A stretch of 64,000 bases of DNA from assembly GCA_032718475.1 (NCBI GenBank), contig JAUCBJ010009055.1:1-64000 (forward strand). Direction: 5' to 3'. Below are positions 51,001-64,000 of the stretch, in pieces. The notes under the pieces are model-generated. The model was not told the DNA's origin. It was given only the letters and a program-made list of their open reading frames with translations, and made no database searches. Made by a program: the position numbers and the translations under genes. Every line of letters starts with the position of its first letter. The first letter of the stretch is position 1. The stretch comes from Nemertoderma westbladi. Its lineage: Eukaryota > Animalia > Xenacoelomorpha.

Positions 51001-52522
51001 GGGACCTCCTACCAATGTGTACAGGTTCCCTGAACCCAGAGTTATACTGCCGTATTTGGGGCTTCCTGCCAATGTGTACAGGTTCCCTGAACTCAGAGTT
51101 ATACTGCCGTATTTGGGGCCTCCTGCCAATGTGTACAGGTTCCCTGAACTCAGAGTTATACTGCCGTATTTGGGGCCTCCTGCCAATGTGTACAGGTTCC
51201 CTGAACCCAGAGTTATACTGCCGTATTTGGGGCCTCCTGCCAATGTGTACAGGTTCCCTGAACCCAGAGTTATACTGCCGTATTTGGGGCCTCCTGCCAA
51301 TGTGTACAGGTTCTATGAACCCAGAGTTATACTGCCGTATTTGGGGCCTCCTGCCAATGTGTACAGGTTCTATGAACCCAGAGTTATACTGCCGTATTTG
51401 GGACCTCCTACCAATGTGTACAGGTTCCCTGAACCCAGAGTTATACTGCCGTATTTGGGGCTTCCTGCCAATGTGTACAGGTTCCCTGAACTCAGAGTTA
51501 TACTGCCGTATTTGGGGCCTCCTGCCAATGTGTACAGGTTCCCTGAACTCAGAGTTATACTGCCGTATTTGGGGCCTCCTGCCAATGTGTACAGGTTCCC
51601 TGAACCCAGAGTTATACTGCCGTATTTGGGGCCTCCTGCCAATGTGTACAGGTTCTATGAACCCAGAGTTATACTGCCGTATTTGGGGCCTCCTGCCAAT
51701 GTGTACAGGTTCTCTGAACCCAGAGTTATACTGCCGTATTTGGGGCCTCCTGCCACTGAACCCAGAGTTACACTGCCGTATTTGGGGCCTCCTGCCAATG
51801 TGTACAGGTTCCCTGAACCCAGAGTTATACTGCCGTATTTGGGGCCTCCTGCCAATGTGTACAGGTTCTCTGAACCCAGAGTTATACTGCCGTATTTGGG
51901 CCTCCTGCCACTGAACCCAGAGTTACACTGCCGTATTTGGGACCTCCTGCCAATGTGTACAGGTTCCCTGAACTCAGAGTTATACTGCCGTATTTGGGGC
52001 CTCCTGCCTATGTGTACAGGTTCCCTGAACCCAGAGTTATACTGCCGTATTTGGGGCCTCCTGCCAATGTGTATAGGTTCTATGAACCCAGAGTTATACT
52101 GCCGTATTTGGGGCCTCCTGCCAATGTGTACAGGTTCCCTGAACCCAGAGTTATACTGCCGTATTTGGGGCCTCCTGCCAATGTGTACAGGTTCTCTGAA
52201 CCCAGAGTTATACTGCCGTATTTGGGGCCTCCTGCCACTGAACCCAGAGTTACACTGCCGTATTTGGGACCTCCTGCCAATGTGTACAGGTTCTCTGAAC
52301 CCAGAGTTATACTGCCGTATTTGGGGCCTCCTGCCACTGAACCCAGAGTTACACTGCCGTATTTGGGGCCTCCTGCCAATGTGTACAGGTTCCCTGAACC
52401 CAGAGTTATACTGCCGTATTTGGGGCCTCCTGCCAATGTGTACAGGTTCTCTGAACCCAGAGTTATACTGCCGTATTTGGGCCTCCTGCCACTGAACCCA
52501 GAGTTACACTGCCGTATTTGGG

Positions 52523-52622
52523 NNNNNNNNNNNNNNNNNNNNNNNNNNNNNNNNNNNNNNNNNNNNNNNNNNNNNNNNNNNNNNNNNNNNNNNNNNNNNN
52601 NNNNNNNNNNNNNNNNNNNNNN
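52523..52622. other. Assembly gap (100 N)
   Basis: Exactly 100 N, a conventional unknown-size gap, so the true array length is undetermined. Confidence 0.99.
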
Positions 52623-53990
52623 CTGAACTCAGAGTTATACTGCCGTATTTGGGGCCTCCTGCCAATGTGTACAGGTTCTCTGAACCCAGAGTTATACTGC
52701 CGTATTTGGGGCCTCCTGCCAATGTGTACAGGTTCTCTGAACCCAGAGTTATACTGCCGTATTTGGGCCTCCTGCCAATGTGTACAGGTTCCCTGAACCC
52801 AGAGTTACACTGCCGTATTTGGGGCCTCCTGCCAATGTGTACAGGTTCCCTGAACTCAGAGTTATACTGCCGTATTTGGGGCCTCCTGCCAATGTGTACA
52901 GGTTCTCTGAACCCAGAGTTATACTGCCGTATTTGGGGCCTCCTGCCAATGTGTACAGGTTCCCTGAACCCAGAGTTATACTGCCGTATTTGGGGCCTCC
53001 TGCCAATGTGTACAGGTTCCCTGAACCCAGAGTTATACTGCCGTATTTGGGGCCTCCTGCCAATGTGTACAGGTTCCCTGAACCCAGAGTTATACTGCCG
53101 TATTTGGGGCCTCCTGCCAATGTGTACAGGTTCTCTGAACCCAGAGTTATACTGCCGTATTTGGGGCCTCCTGCCAATGTGTACAGGTTCCCTGAACCCA
53201 GAGTTATACTGCCGTATTTGGGGCCTCCTGCCAATGTGTACAGGTTCCCTGAACCCAGAGTTATACTGCCGTATTTGGGGCCTCCTGCCAATGTGTACAG
53301 GTTCCCTGAACCCAGAGTTATACTGCCGTATTTGGGGCCTCCTGCCAATGTGTACAGGTTCCCTGAACCCAGAGTTATACTGCCGTATTTGGGGCCTCCT
53401 GCCAATGTGTACAGGTTCTCTGAACCCAGAGTTATACTGCCGTATTTGGGGCCTCCTGCCAATGTGTACAGGTTCTCTGAACCCAGAGTTAATACTGCCG
53501 TATTTGGGGCCTCCTGGCACTGAACCCAGAGTTACACTGCCGTATTTGGGGCCTCCTGCCAATGTGTACAGGTTCTATGAACCCAGAGTTATACTGCCGT
53601 ATTTGGGACCTCCTACCAATGTGTACAGGTTCCCTGAACCCAGAGTTATACTGCCGTATTTGGGGCTTCCTGCCAATGTGTACAGGTTCCCTGAACTCAG
53701 AGTTATACTGCCGTATTTGGGGCCTCCTGCCAATGTGTACAGGTTCCCTGAACCCAGAGTTATACTGCCGTATTTGGGGCCTCCTGCCAATGTGTACAGG
53801 TTCTATGAACTCAGAGTTATACTGCCGTATTTGGGGCCTCCTGCCAATGTGTACAGGTTCTCTGAACCCAGAGTTATACTGCCGTATTTGGGGCCTCCTG
53901 CCACTGAACCCAGAGTTACACTGCCGTATTTGGGGCCTCCTGCCAATGTGTACAGGTTCCCTGAACCCAGAGTTATACTGCCGTATTTGG

Positions 53991-54077
53991 AATTTGTAAT
54001 TTTTTGTTGACAAGCCGGCACAGCATTCTTAAAAATGCAGCTGCAATGCAGCATGCCGATCCTAGTAGTAGTAGTAG
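53991..54077 (+). mobile_element. 87-bp 5'-truncated non-LTR retroposon (LINE/SINE) 3' end inserted in the satellite
   Basis: Non-satellite sequence ending in (TAG)5, flanked by direct repeats CCGTATTTGG (53981-53990 and 54078-54087). Confidence 0.75.
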
Positions 54078-57000
54078 CCGTATTTGGGGCCTCCTGCCAA
54101 TGTGTACAGGTTCTCTGAACCCAGAGTTATACTGCCGTATTTGGGCCTCCTGCCACTGAACCCAGAGTTACACTGCCGTATTTGGAACCTCCTGCCAATG
54201 TGTACAGGTTCCCTGAACTCAGAGTTATACTGCCGTATTTGGGGCCTCCTGCCTATGTGTACAGGTTCCCTGAACCCAGAATTATACTGCCGTATTTGGG
54301 GCCTCCTGCCAATGTGTACAGGTTCTATGAACCCAGAGTTATACTGCCGTATTTGGGGCCTCCTGCCAATGTGTACAGGTTCCCTGAACCCAGAGTTACA
54401 CTGCCGTATTTGGGACCTCCTGCCAATGTGTACAGGTTCTCTGAACTCAGAGTTATACTGCCGTATTTGGGGCCTCTTGCCAATGTGTACAGGTTCTATG
54501 AACCCAGAGTTATACTGCCGTATTTGGGGCCTCCTGCCACTGAACCCAGAGTTACACTGCCGTATTTGGGACCTCCTGCCAATGTGTACAGGTTCTCTGA
54601 ACTCAGAGTTATACTGCCGTATTTGGGGCCTCTTGCCAATGTGTACAGGTTCTCTGAACTCAGAGTTATACTGCCGTATTTGGGGCCTCTTGCCAATGTG
54701 TACAGGTTCTATGAACCCAGAGTTATACTGCCGTAATTGGGACATCCTGCCAATGTGTACAGGTTCCCTGAACCCAGAGTTATACTGCCGTATTTGGGGC
54801 CTCCTGCCAATGTGTACAGGTTCCCTGAACTCAGAGTTATACTGCCGTATTTGGGGCCTCCTGCCAATGTGTACAGGTTCTATGAACCCAGAGTTATACT
54901 GCCGTATTTGGGGCCTCCTGCCAATGTGTACAGGTTCTCTGAACCCAGAGTTATACTGCCGTATTTGGGGCCTCCTGCCAATGTGTACAGGTTCCCTGAA
55001 CCCAGAGTTATACTGCCGTATATGGGGCCTCCTGCCAATGTGTACAGGTTCCCTGAACTCAGAGTTATACTGCCGTATTTGGGGCCTCCTGCCAATGTGT
55101 ACAGGTTCCCTGAACCCAGAGTTATACTGCCGTATTTGGGGCCTCCTGCCAATGTGTACAGGTTCCCTGAACCCAGAGTTATACTGCCGTTTTTGGGGCC
55201 TCCTGCCAATGTGTACAGGTTCCCTGAACCCAGAGTTATACTGCCGTATTTGGGGCCTCCTGCCAATGTGTACAGGTTCCCTGAACTCAGAGTTATACTG
55301 CCGTATTTGGGGCCTCCTGCCAATGTGTACAGGTTCCCTGAACCCAGAGTTATACTGCCGTATTTGGGGCCTCCTTCCAATGTGTACAGGTTCTCTGGAC
55401 CCAGAGTTATACTGCCGTATTTGGGGCCTCCTGCCAATGTGTACAGGTTCCCTGAACCCAGAGTTATACTGCCGTATTTGGGGCCTCCTGCCAATGTGTA
55501 CAGGTTCCCTCAACTCAGAGTTATACTGCCGTATTTGGGGCCTCCTGCCAATGTGTACAGGTTCCCTGAACCCAGAGTTATACTGCCGTATTTGGGGCCT
55601 CCTGCCAATGTGTACAGGTTCTATGAACCCAGAGTTATACTGCCGTATTTGGGGCCTCCTGCCAATGTGTACAGGTTCTCTGAACCCAGAGTTATACTGC
55701 CGTATTTGGGCCTCCTGCCACTGAACCCAGAGTTACACTGCCGTATTTGGGGCCTCCCGCCAATGTGTACAGGTTCTCTGAACCCAGAGTTAATACTGCC
55801 GTATTTGGGGCCTCCTGCCACTGAACCCAGAGTTACACTGCCGTATTTGGGGCCTCCTGCCAATGTGTACAGGTTCTATGAACCCAGAGTTATACTGCCG
55901 TATTTGGGACCTCCTACCAATGTGTACAGGTTCCCTGAACCCAGAGTTATACTGCCGTATTTGGGGCTTCCTGCCAATGTGTACAGGTTCCCTGAACTCA
56001 GAGTTATACTGCCGTATTTGGGGCCTCCTGCCAATGTGTACAGGTTCCCTGAACTCAAGAGTTATACTGCCGTATTTGGGGCCTCCTGCCAATGTGTACA
56101 GGTTCCCTGAACCCAGAGTTATACTGCCGTATTTGGGGCCTCCTGCCAATGTGTACAGGTTCTATGAACCCAGAGTTATACTGCCGTATTTGGGGCCTCC
56201 TGCCAATGTGTACAGGTTCTATGAACCCAGAGTTATACTGCCGTATTTGGGACCTCCTACCAATGTGTACAGGTTCCCTGAACCCAGAGTTATACTGCCG
56301 TATTTGGGGCTTCCTGCCAATGTGTACAGGTTCCCTGAACTCAGAGTTATACTGCCGTATTTGGGGCCTCCTGCCAATGTGTACAGGTTCCCTGAACTCA
56401 GAGTTATACTGCCGTATTTGGGGCCTCCTGCCAATGTGTACAGGTTCCCTGAACCCAGAGTTATACTGCCGTATTTGGGGCCTCCTGCCAATGTGTACAG
56501 GTTCTATGAACCCAGAGTTATACTGCCGTATTTGGGGCCTCCTGCCAATGTGTACAGGTTCTCTGAACCCAGAGTTATACTGCCGTATTTGGGGCCTCCT
56601 GCCACTGAACCCAGAGTTACACTGCCGTATTTGGGGCCTCCTGCCAATGTGTACAGGTTCCCTGAACCCAGAGTTATACTGCCGTATTTGGGGCCTCCTG
56701 CCAATGTGTACAGGTTCTCTGAACCCAGAGTTATACTGCCGTATTTGGGCCTCCTGCCACTGAACACAGAGTTACACTGCCGTATTTGGGACCTCCTGCC
56801 AATGTGTACAGGTTCCCTGAACTCAGAGTTATACTGCCGTATTTGGGGCCTCCTGCCTATGTGTACAGGTTCCCTGAACCCAGAGTTATACTGCCGTATT
56901 TGGGACCTCCTGCCAATGTGTATAGGTTCTATGAACCCAGAGTTATACTGCCGTATTTGGGGCCTCCTGCCAATGTGTACAGGTTCCCTGAACCCAGAGT

Positions 57001-60000
57001 TATACTGCCGTATTTGGGGCCTCCTGCCAATGTGTACAGGTTCTCTGAACCCAGAGTTATACTGCCGTATTTGGGGCCTCCTGCCACTGAACCCAGAGTT
57101 ACACTGCCGTATTTGGGGCCTCCTGCCAATGTGTACAGGTTCCCTGAACCCAGAGTTATACTGCCGTATTTGGGGCCTCCTGCCAATGTGTATAGGTTCT
57201 ATGAACCCAGAGTTATACTGCCGTATTTGGGGCCTCCTGCCAACGTGTACAGGTTCCCTGAACCCAGAGTTATACTGCCGTATTTGGGGCCTCCTGCCAA
57301 TGTGTACAGGTTCTCTGAACCCAGAGTTATACTGCCGTATTTGGGGCCTCCTGCCACTGAACCCAGAGTTACACTGCCGTATTTGGGACCTCCTGCCAAT
57401 GTGTACAGGTTCTCTGAACCCAGAGTTAATACTGCCGTATTTGGGGCCTCCTGCCACTGAACCCAGAGTTACACTGCCGTATTTGGGGCCTCCTGCCAAT
57501 GTGTACAGGTTCCCTGAACCCAGAGTTATACTGCCGTATTTGGGGCCTCCTGCCAATGTGTACAGGTTCTCTGAACCCAGAGTTATACTGCCGTATTTGG
57601 GCCTCCTGCCACTGAACCCAGAGTTACACTGCCGTATTTGGGACCTCCTGCCAATGTGTACAGGTTCCCTGAACTCAGAGTTATACTGCCGTATTTGGGG
57701 CCTCCTGCCAATGTGTACAGGTTCTATGAACCCAGAGTTATACTGCCGTATTTGGGGCCTCCTGCCAATGTGTACAGGTTCCCTGAACTCAGAGTTATAC
57801 TGCCGTATTGGGGGCCTCCTGCCAATGTGTACAGGTTCCCTGAACCCAGAGTTATACTGCCGTATTTGGGGCCTCCTGCCAATGTGTACAGGTTCTATGA
57901 ACCCAGAGTTATACTGCCGTATTTGGGGCCTCCTGCCAATGTGTACAGGTTCCCTGAACTCAGAGTTATACTGCCGTATTTGGGGCCTCCTGCCAATGTG
58001 TACAGGTTCCCTGAACCCAGAGTTATACTGCCGTATTTGGGGCCTCCTGCCAATGTGTACAGGTTCCCTGAACTCAGAGTTATACTGCCGTATTTGGGGC
58101 CTCCTGCCAATGTGTACAGGTTCCCTGAACTCAGAGTTATACTGCCGTATTTGGGGCCTCCTGCCAATGTGTACAGGTTCCCTGAACCCAGAGTTATACT
58201 GCCGTATTTGGGGCCTCCTGCCAATGTGTACAGGTTCTATGAACCCAGAGTTATACTGCCGTATTTGGGGCCTCCTGCCAATGTGTACAGGTTCTCTGAA
58301 CCCAGAGTTATACTGCCGTATTTGGGGCCTCCTGCCACTGAACCCAGAGTTACACTGCCGTATTTGGGGCCTCCTGCCAATGTGTACAGGTTCCCTGAAC
58401 CCAGAGTTATACTGCCGTATTTGGGGCCTCCTGCCAATGTGTACAGGTTCTCTGAACCCAGAGTTATACTGCCGTATTTGGGCCTCCTGCCACTGAACAC
58501 AGAGTTACACTGCCGTATTTGGGACCTCCTGCCAATGTGTACAGGTTCCCTGAACTCAGAGTTATACTGCCGTATTTGGGGCCTCCTGCCTATGTGTACA
58601 GGTTCCCTGAACCCAGAGTTATACTGCCGTATTTGGGACCTCCTGCCAATGTGTATAGGTTCTATGAACCCAGAGTTATACTGCCGTATTTGGGGCCTCC
58701 TGCCAATGTGTACAGGTTCCCTGAACCCAGAGTTATACTGCCGTATTTGGGGCCTCCTGCCAATGTGTACAGGTTCTCTGAACCCAGAGTTATACTGCCG
58801 TATTTGGGGCCTCCTGCCACTGAACCCAGAGTTACACTGCCGTATTTGGGGCCTCCTGCCAATGTGTACAGGTTCCCTGAACCCAGAGTTATACTGCCGT
58901 ATTTGGGGCCTCCTGCCAATGTGTATAGGTTCTATGAACCCAGAGTTATACTGCCGTATTTGGGGCCTCCTGCCAATGTGTACAGGTTCCCTGAACCCAG
59001 AGTTATACTGCCGTATTTGGGGCCTCCTGCCAATGTGTACAGGTTCTCTGAACCCAGAGTTATACTGCCGTATTTGGGGCCTCCTGCCACTGAACCCAGA
59101 GTTACACTGCCGTATTTGGGACCTCCTGCCAATGTGTACAGGTTCTCTGAACCCAGAGTTAATACTGCCGTATTTGGGGCCTCCTGCCACTGAACCCAGA
59201 GTTACACTGCCGTATTTGGGGCCTCCTGCCAATGTGTACAGGTTCCCTGAACCCAGAGTTATACTGCCGTATTTGGGGCCTCCTGCCAATGTGTACAGGT
59301 TCTCTGAACCCAGAGTTATACTGCCGTATTTGGGCCTCCTGCCACTGAACCCAGAGTTACACTGCCGTATTTGGGACCTCCTGCCAATGTGTACAGGTTC
59401 CCTGAACTCAGAGTTATACTGCCGTATTTGGGGCCTCTTGCCAATGTGTACAGGTTCTATGAACCCAGAGTTATACTGCCGTATTTGGGGCCTCCTGCCA
59501 ATGTGTACAGGTTCCCTGAACTCAGAGTTATACTGCCGTATTGGGGGCCTCCTGCCAATGTGTACAGGTTCCCTGAACCCAGAGTTATACTGCCGTATTT
59601 GGGGCCTCCTGCCAATGTGTACAGGTTCTCTGAACCCAGAGTTATACTGCCGTATTTGGGGCCTCCTGCCAATGTGTACAGGTTCCCTGAACCCAGAGTT
59701 ATACTGCCGTATTTGGGGCCTCCTGCCAATGTGTACAGGTTCCCTGAACCCAGAGTTATACTGCCGTATTTGGGGCCTCCTGCCAATGTGTACAGGTTCC
59801 CTGAACTCAGAGTTATACTGCCGTATTTGGGGCCTCCTGCCAATGTGTACAGGTTCCCTGAACCCAGAGTTATACTGCCGTATTTGGGGCCTCCTGCCAA
59901 TGTGTACAGGTTCTCTGAACCCAGAGTTATACTGCCGTATTTGGGGCCTCCTGCCAATGTGTACAGGTTCCCTGAACCCAGAGTTATACTGCCGTATTTG

Positions 60001-63000
60001 GGGCCTCCTGCCAATGTGTACAGGTTCCCTCAACTCAGAGTTATACTGCCGTATTTGGGGCCTCCTGCCAATGTGTACAGGTTCCCTGAACCCAGAGTTA
60101 TACTGCCGTATTTGGGGCCTCCTGCCAATGTGTACAGGTTCTATGAACCCAGAGTTATACTGCCGTATTTGGGGCCTCCTGCCAATGTGTACAGGTTCTC
60201 TGAACCCAGAGTTATACTGCCGTATTTGGGCCTCCTGCCACTGAACCCAGAGTTACACTGCCGTATTTGGGGCCTCCCGCCAATGTGTACAGGTTCTCTG
60301 AACCCAGAGTTAATACTGCCGTATTTGGGGCCTCCTGCCACTGAACCCAGAGTTACACTGCCGTATTTGGGGCCTCCTGCCAATGTGTACAGGTTCTATG
60401 AACCCAGAGTTATACTGCCGTATTTGGGACCTCCTACCAATGTGTACAGGTTCCCTGAACCCAGAGTTATACTGCCGTATTTGGGGCTTCCTGCCAATGT
60501 GTACAGGTTCCCTGAACTCAGAGTTATACTGCCGTATTTGGGGCCTCCTGCCAATGTGTACAGGTTCCCTGAACTCAGAGTTATACTGCCGTATTTGGGG
60601 CCTCCTGCCAATGTGTACAGGTTCCCTGAACCCAGAGTTATACTGCCGTATTTGGGGCCTCCTGCCAATGTGTACAGGTTCCCTGAACCCAGAGTTATAC
60701 TGCCGTATTTGGGGCCTCCTGCCAATGTGTACAGGTTCTATGAACCCAGAGTTATACTGCCGTATTTGGGGCCTCCTGCCAATGTGTACAGGTTCTATGA
60801 ACCCAGAGTTATACTGCCGTATTTGGGACCTCCTACCAATGTGTACAGGTTCCCTGAACCCAGAGTTATACTGCCGTATTTGGGGCCTCCTGCCAATGTG
60901 TACAGGTTCCCTGAACTCAGAGTTATACTGCCGTATTTGGGGCCTCCTGCCAATGTGTACAGGTTCCCTGAACTCAGAGTTATACTGCCGTATTTGGGGC
61001 CTCCTGCCAATGTGTACAGGTTCCCTGAACCCAGAGTTATACTGCCGTATTTGGGGCCTCCTGCCAATGTGTACAGGTTCTATGAACCCAGAGTTATACT
61101 GCCGTATTTGGGGCCTCCTGCCAATGTGTACAGGTTCTCTGAACCCAGAGTTATACTGCCGTATTTGGGGCCTCCTGCCACTGAACCCAGAGTTACACTG
61201 CCGTATTTGGGGCCTCCTGCCAATGTGTACAGGTTCCCTGAACCCAGAGTTATACTGCCGTATTTGGGGCCTCCTGCCAATGTGTACAGGTTCTCTGAAC
61301 CCAGAGTTATACTGCCGTATTTGGGCCTCCTGCCACTGAACACAGAGTTACACTGCCGTATTTGGGACCTCCTGCCAATGTGTACAGGTTCCCTGAACTC
61401 AGAGTTATACTGCCGTATTTGGGGCCTCCTGCCTATGTGTACAGGTTCCCTGAACCCAGAGTTATACTGCCGTATTTGGGACCTCCTGCCAATGTGTATA
61501 GGTTCTATGAACCCAGAGTTATACTGCCGTATTTGGGGCCTCCTGCCAATGTGTACAGGTTCCCTGAACCCAGAGTTATACTGCCGTATTTGGGGCCTCC
61601 TGCCAATGTGTACAGGTTCTCTGAACCCAGAGTTATACTGCCGTATTTGGGGCCTCCTGCCACTGAACCCAGAGTTACACTGCCGTATTTGGGGCCTCCT
61701 GCCAATGTGTACAGGTTCTATGAACCCAGAGTTATACTGCCGTATTTGGGGCCTCCTGCCAATGTGTACAGGTTCCCTGAACCCAGAGTTATACTGCCGT
61801 ATTTGGGGCCTCCTGCCAATGTGTACAGGTTCCCTGAACCCAGAGTTATACTGCCGTATTTGGGGCCTCCTGCCAATGTGTACAGGTTCCCTGAACTCAG
61901 AGTTATACTGCCGTATTTGGGGCCTCCTGCCAATGTGTACAGGTTCCCTGAACTCAGAGTTATACTGCCGTATTTGGGGCCTCCTGCCAATGTGTACAGG
62001 TTCCCTGAACCCAGAGTTATACTGCCGTATTTGGGGCCTCCTGCCAATGTGTACAGGTTCTATGAACCCAGAGTTATACTGCCGTATTTGGGGCCTCCTG
62101 CCAATGTGTACAGGTTCTCTGAACCCAGAGTTATACTGCCGTATTTGGGGCCTCCTGCCACTGAACCCAGAGTTACACTGCCGTATTTGGGGCCTCCTGC
62201 CAATGTGTACAGGTTCCCTGAACCCAGAGTTATACTGCCGTATTTGGGGCCTCCTGCCAATGTGTACAGGTTCTCTGAACCCAGAGTTATACTGCCGTAT
62301 TTGGGCCTCCTGCCACTGAACACAGAGTTACACTGCCGTATTTGGGACCTCCTGCCAATGTGTACAGGTTCCCTGAACTCAGAGTTATACTGCCGTATTT
62401 GGGGCCTCCTGCCTATGTGTACAGGTTCCCTGAACCCAGAGTTATACTGCCGTATTTGGGGCCTCCTGCCAATGTGTATAGGTTCTATGAACCCAGAGTT
62501 ATACTGCCGTATTTGGGGCCTCCTGCCAATGTGTACAGGTTCCCTGAACCCAGAGTTATACTGCCGTATTTGGGGCCTCCTGCCAATGTGTACAGGTTCT
62601 CTGAACCCAGAGTTATACTGCCGTATTTGGGGCCTCCTGCCACTGAACCCAGAGTTACACTGCCGTATTTGGGGCCTCCTGCCAATGTGTACAGGTTCCC
62701 TGAACCCAGAGTTATACTGCCGTATTTGGGGCCTCCTGCCAATGTGTACAGGTTCTATGAACCCAGAGTTATACTGCCGTATTTGGGGCCTCCTGCCAAT
62801 GTGTACAGGTTCCCTGAACCCAGAGTTATACTGCCGTATTTGGGGCCTCCTGCCAATGTGTACAGGTTCTCTGAACCCAGAGTTATACTGCCGTATTTGG
62901 GGCCTCCTGCCACTGAACCCAGAGTTACACTGCCGTATTTGGGACCTCCTGCCAATGTGTACAGGTTCTCTGAACCCAGAGTTAATACTGCCGTATTTGG

Positions 63001-64000
63001 GGCCTCCTGCCACTGAACACAGAGTTACACTGCCGTATTTGGGACCTCCTGCCAATGTGTACAGGTTCCCTGAACCCAGAGTTATACTGCCGTATTTGGG
63101 GCCTCCTGCCAATGTGTACAGGTTCCCTGAACCCAGAGTTATACTGCCGTATTTGGGGCCTCCTGCCAATGTGTACAGGTTCTATGAACCCAGAGTTATA
63201 CTGCCGTATTTGGGGCCTCCTGCCAATGTGTACAGGTTCCCTGAACTCAGAGTTATACTGCCGTATTTGGGGCCTCCTGCCAATGTGTACAGGTTCCCTG
63301 AACCCAGAGTTATACTGCCGTATTTGGGGCCTCCTGCCAATGTGTACAGGTTCTATGAACCCAGAGTTATACTGCCGTATTTGGGGCCTCCTGCCAATGT
63401 GTACAGGTTCCCTGAACCCAGAGTTATACTGCCGTATTTGGGGCCTCCTGCCAATGTGTACAGGTTCCCTGAACCCAGAGTTATACTGCCGTATTTGGGG
63501 CCTCCTGCCAATGTGTACAGGTTCCCTGAACTCAGAGTTATACTGCCGTATTTGGGGCCTCCTGCCAATGTGTACAGGTTCCCTGAACCCAGAGTTATAC
63601 TGCCGTATTTGGGGCCTCCTGCCAATGTGTACAGGTTCTCTGAACCCAGAGTTATACTGCCGTATTTGGGGCCTCCTGCCAATGTGTACAGGTTCCCTGA
63701 ACCCAGAGTTATACTGCCGTATTTGGGGCCTCCTGCCAATGTGTACAGGTTCCCTGAACTCAGAGTTATACTGCCGTATTTGGGGCCTCCTGCCAATGTG
63801 TACAGGTTCCCTGAACCCAGAGTTATACTGCCGTATTTGGGGCCTCCTGCCAATGTGTACAGGTTCTATGAACCCAGAGTTATACTGCCGTATTTGGGGC
63901 CTCCTGCCAATGTGTACAGGTTCCCTGAACTCAGAGTTATACTGCCGTATTTGGGGCCTCCTGCCAATGTGTACAGGTTCCCTGAACCCAGAGTTATACT

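Larger units (their letters stand above)
21075..64000. repeat. 57-bp satellite array (about 43 kb in window, roughly 750 monomers), with 42-bp deletion variants and higher-order repeats
   Basis: Consensus GAACCCAGAGTTATACTGCCGTATTTGGGGCCTCCTGCCAATGTGTACAGGTTCCCT, head-to-tail in a single orientation, running off the window end. Confidence 0.99.

Noticed and set aside
20975-63853. Dozens of long ORFs (PPANVYRF.., MCTGS.., REPVHIG.., GGPKYGS..) as protein-coding genes
   Set aside because: They are all translations of the same 57-bp monomer in different frames and strands, switching frame at 1-nt indels, with no unique domains.

Overview
Repeat-dominated eukaryotic (most likely invertebrate) genomic DNA with no prokaryote-type operons. 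In order: (1) 779-11232, a decayed BEL/Pao LTR retrotransposon. It has a truncated 5' LTR, a fragmented gag, an internal gag-to-RT deletion sealed by a copy of its own LTR end, and a frameshifted RT-RNaseH-integrase. Its unusually long 3' region holds an array of about 16 small hairpin repeats and an extra ORF resembling a DnaQ-like DEDD(y) 3'-5' exonuclease, broken by one nonsense codon. (2) Two short tandem arrays. (3) 11927-17009, a young full-length Ty3/Gypsy (Mag-like) element with 451-bp LTRs differing at 2 positions. (4) A 27-bp minisatellite split by a non-autonomous Helitron/Helentron (DINE-1-like) element. (5) Possible minus-strand host exons. (6) A tRNA-derived SINE head that runs directly into a 57-bp satellite of about 43 kb (21075 to window end), with higher-order repeats, a 100-N gap and one 87-bp retroposon tail insertion. 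The huge ORFs in the satellite are by-products of a 19-codon, stop-poor monomer. The most interesting candidate system is the exonuclease-carrying BEL/Pao element. All family assignments are from motif recognition by eye; no searches were run.
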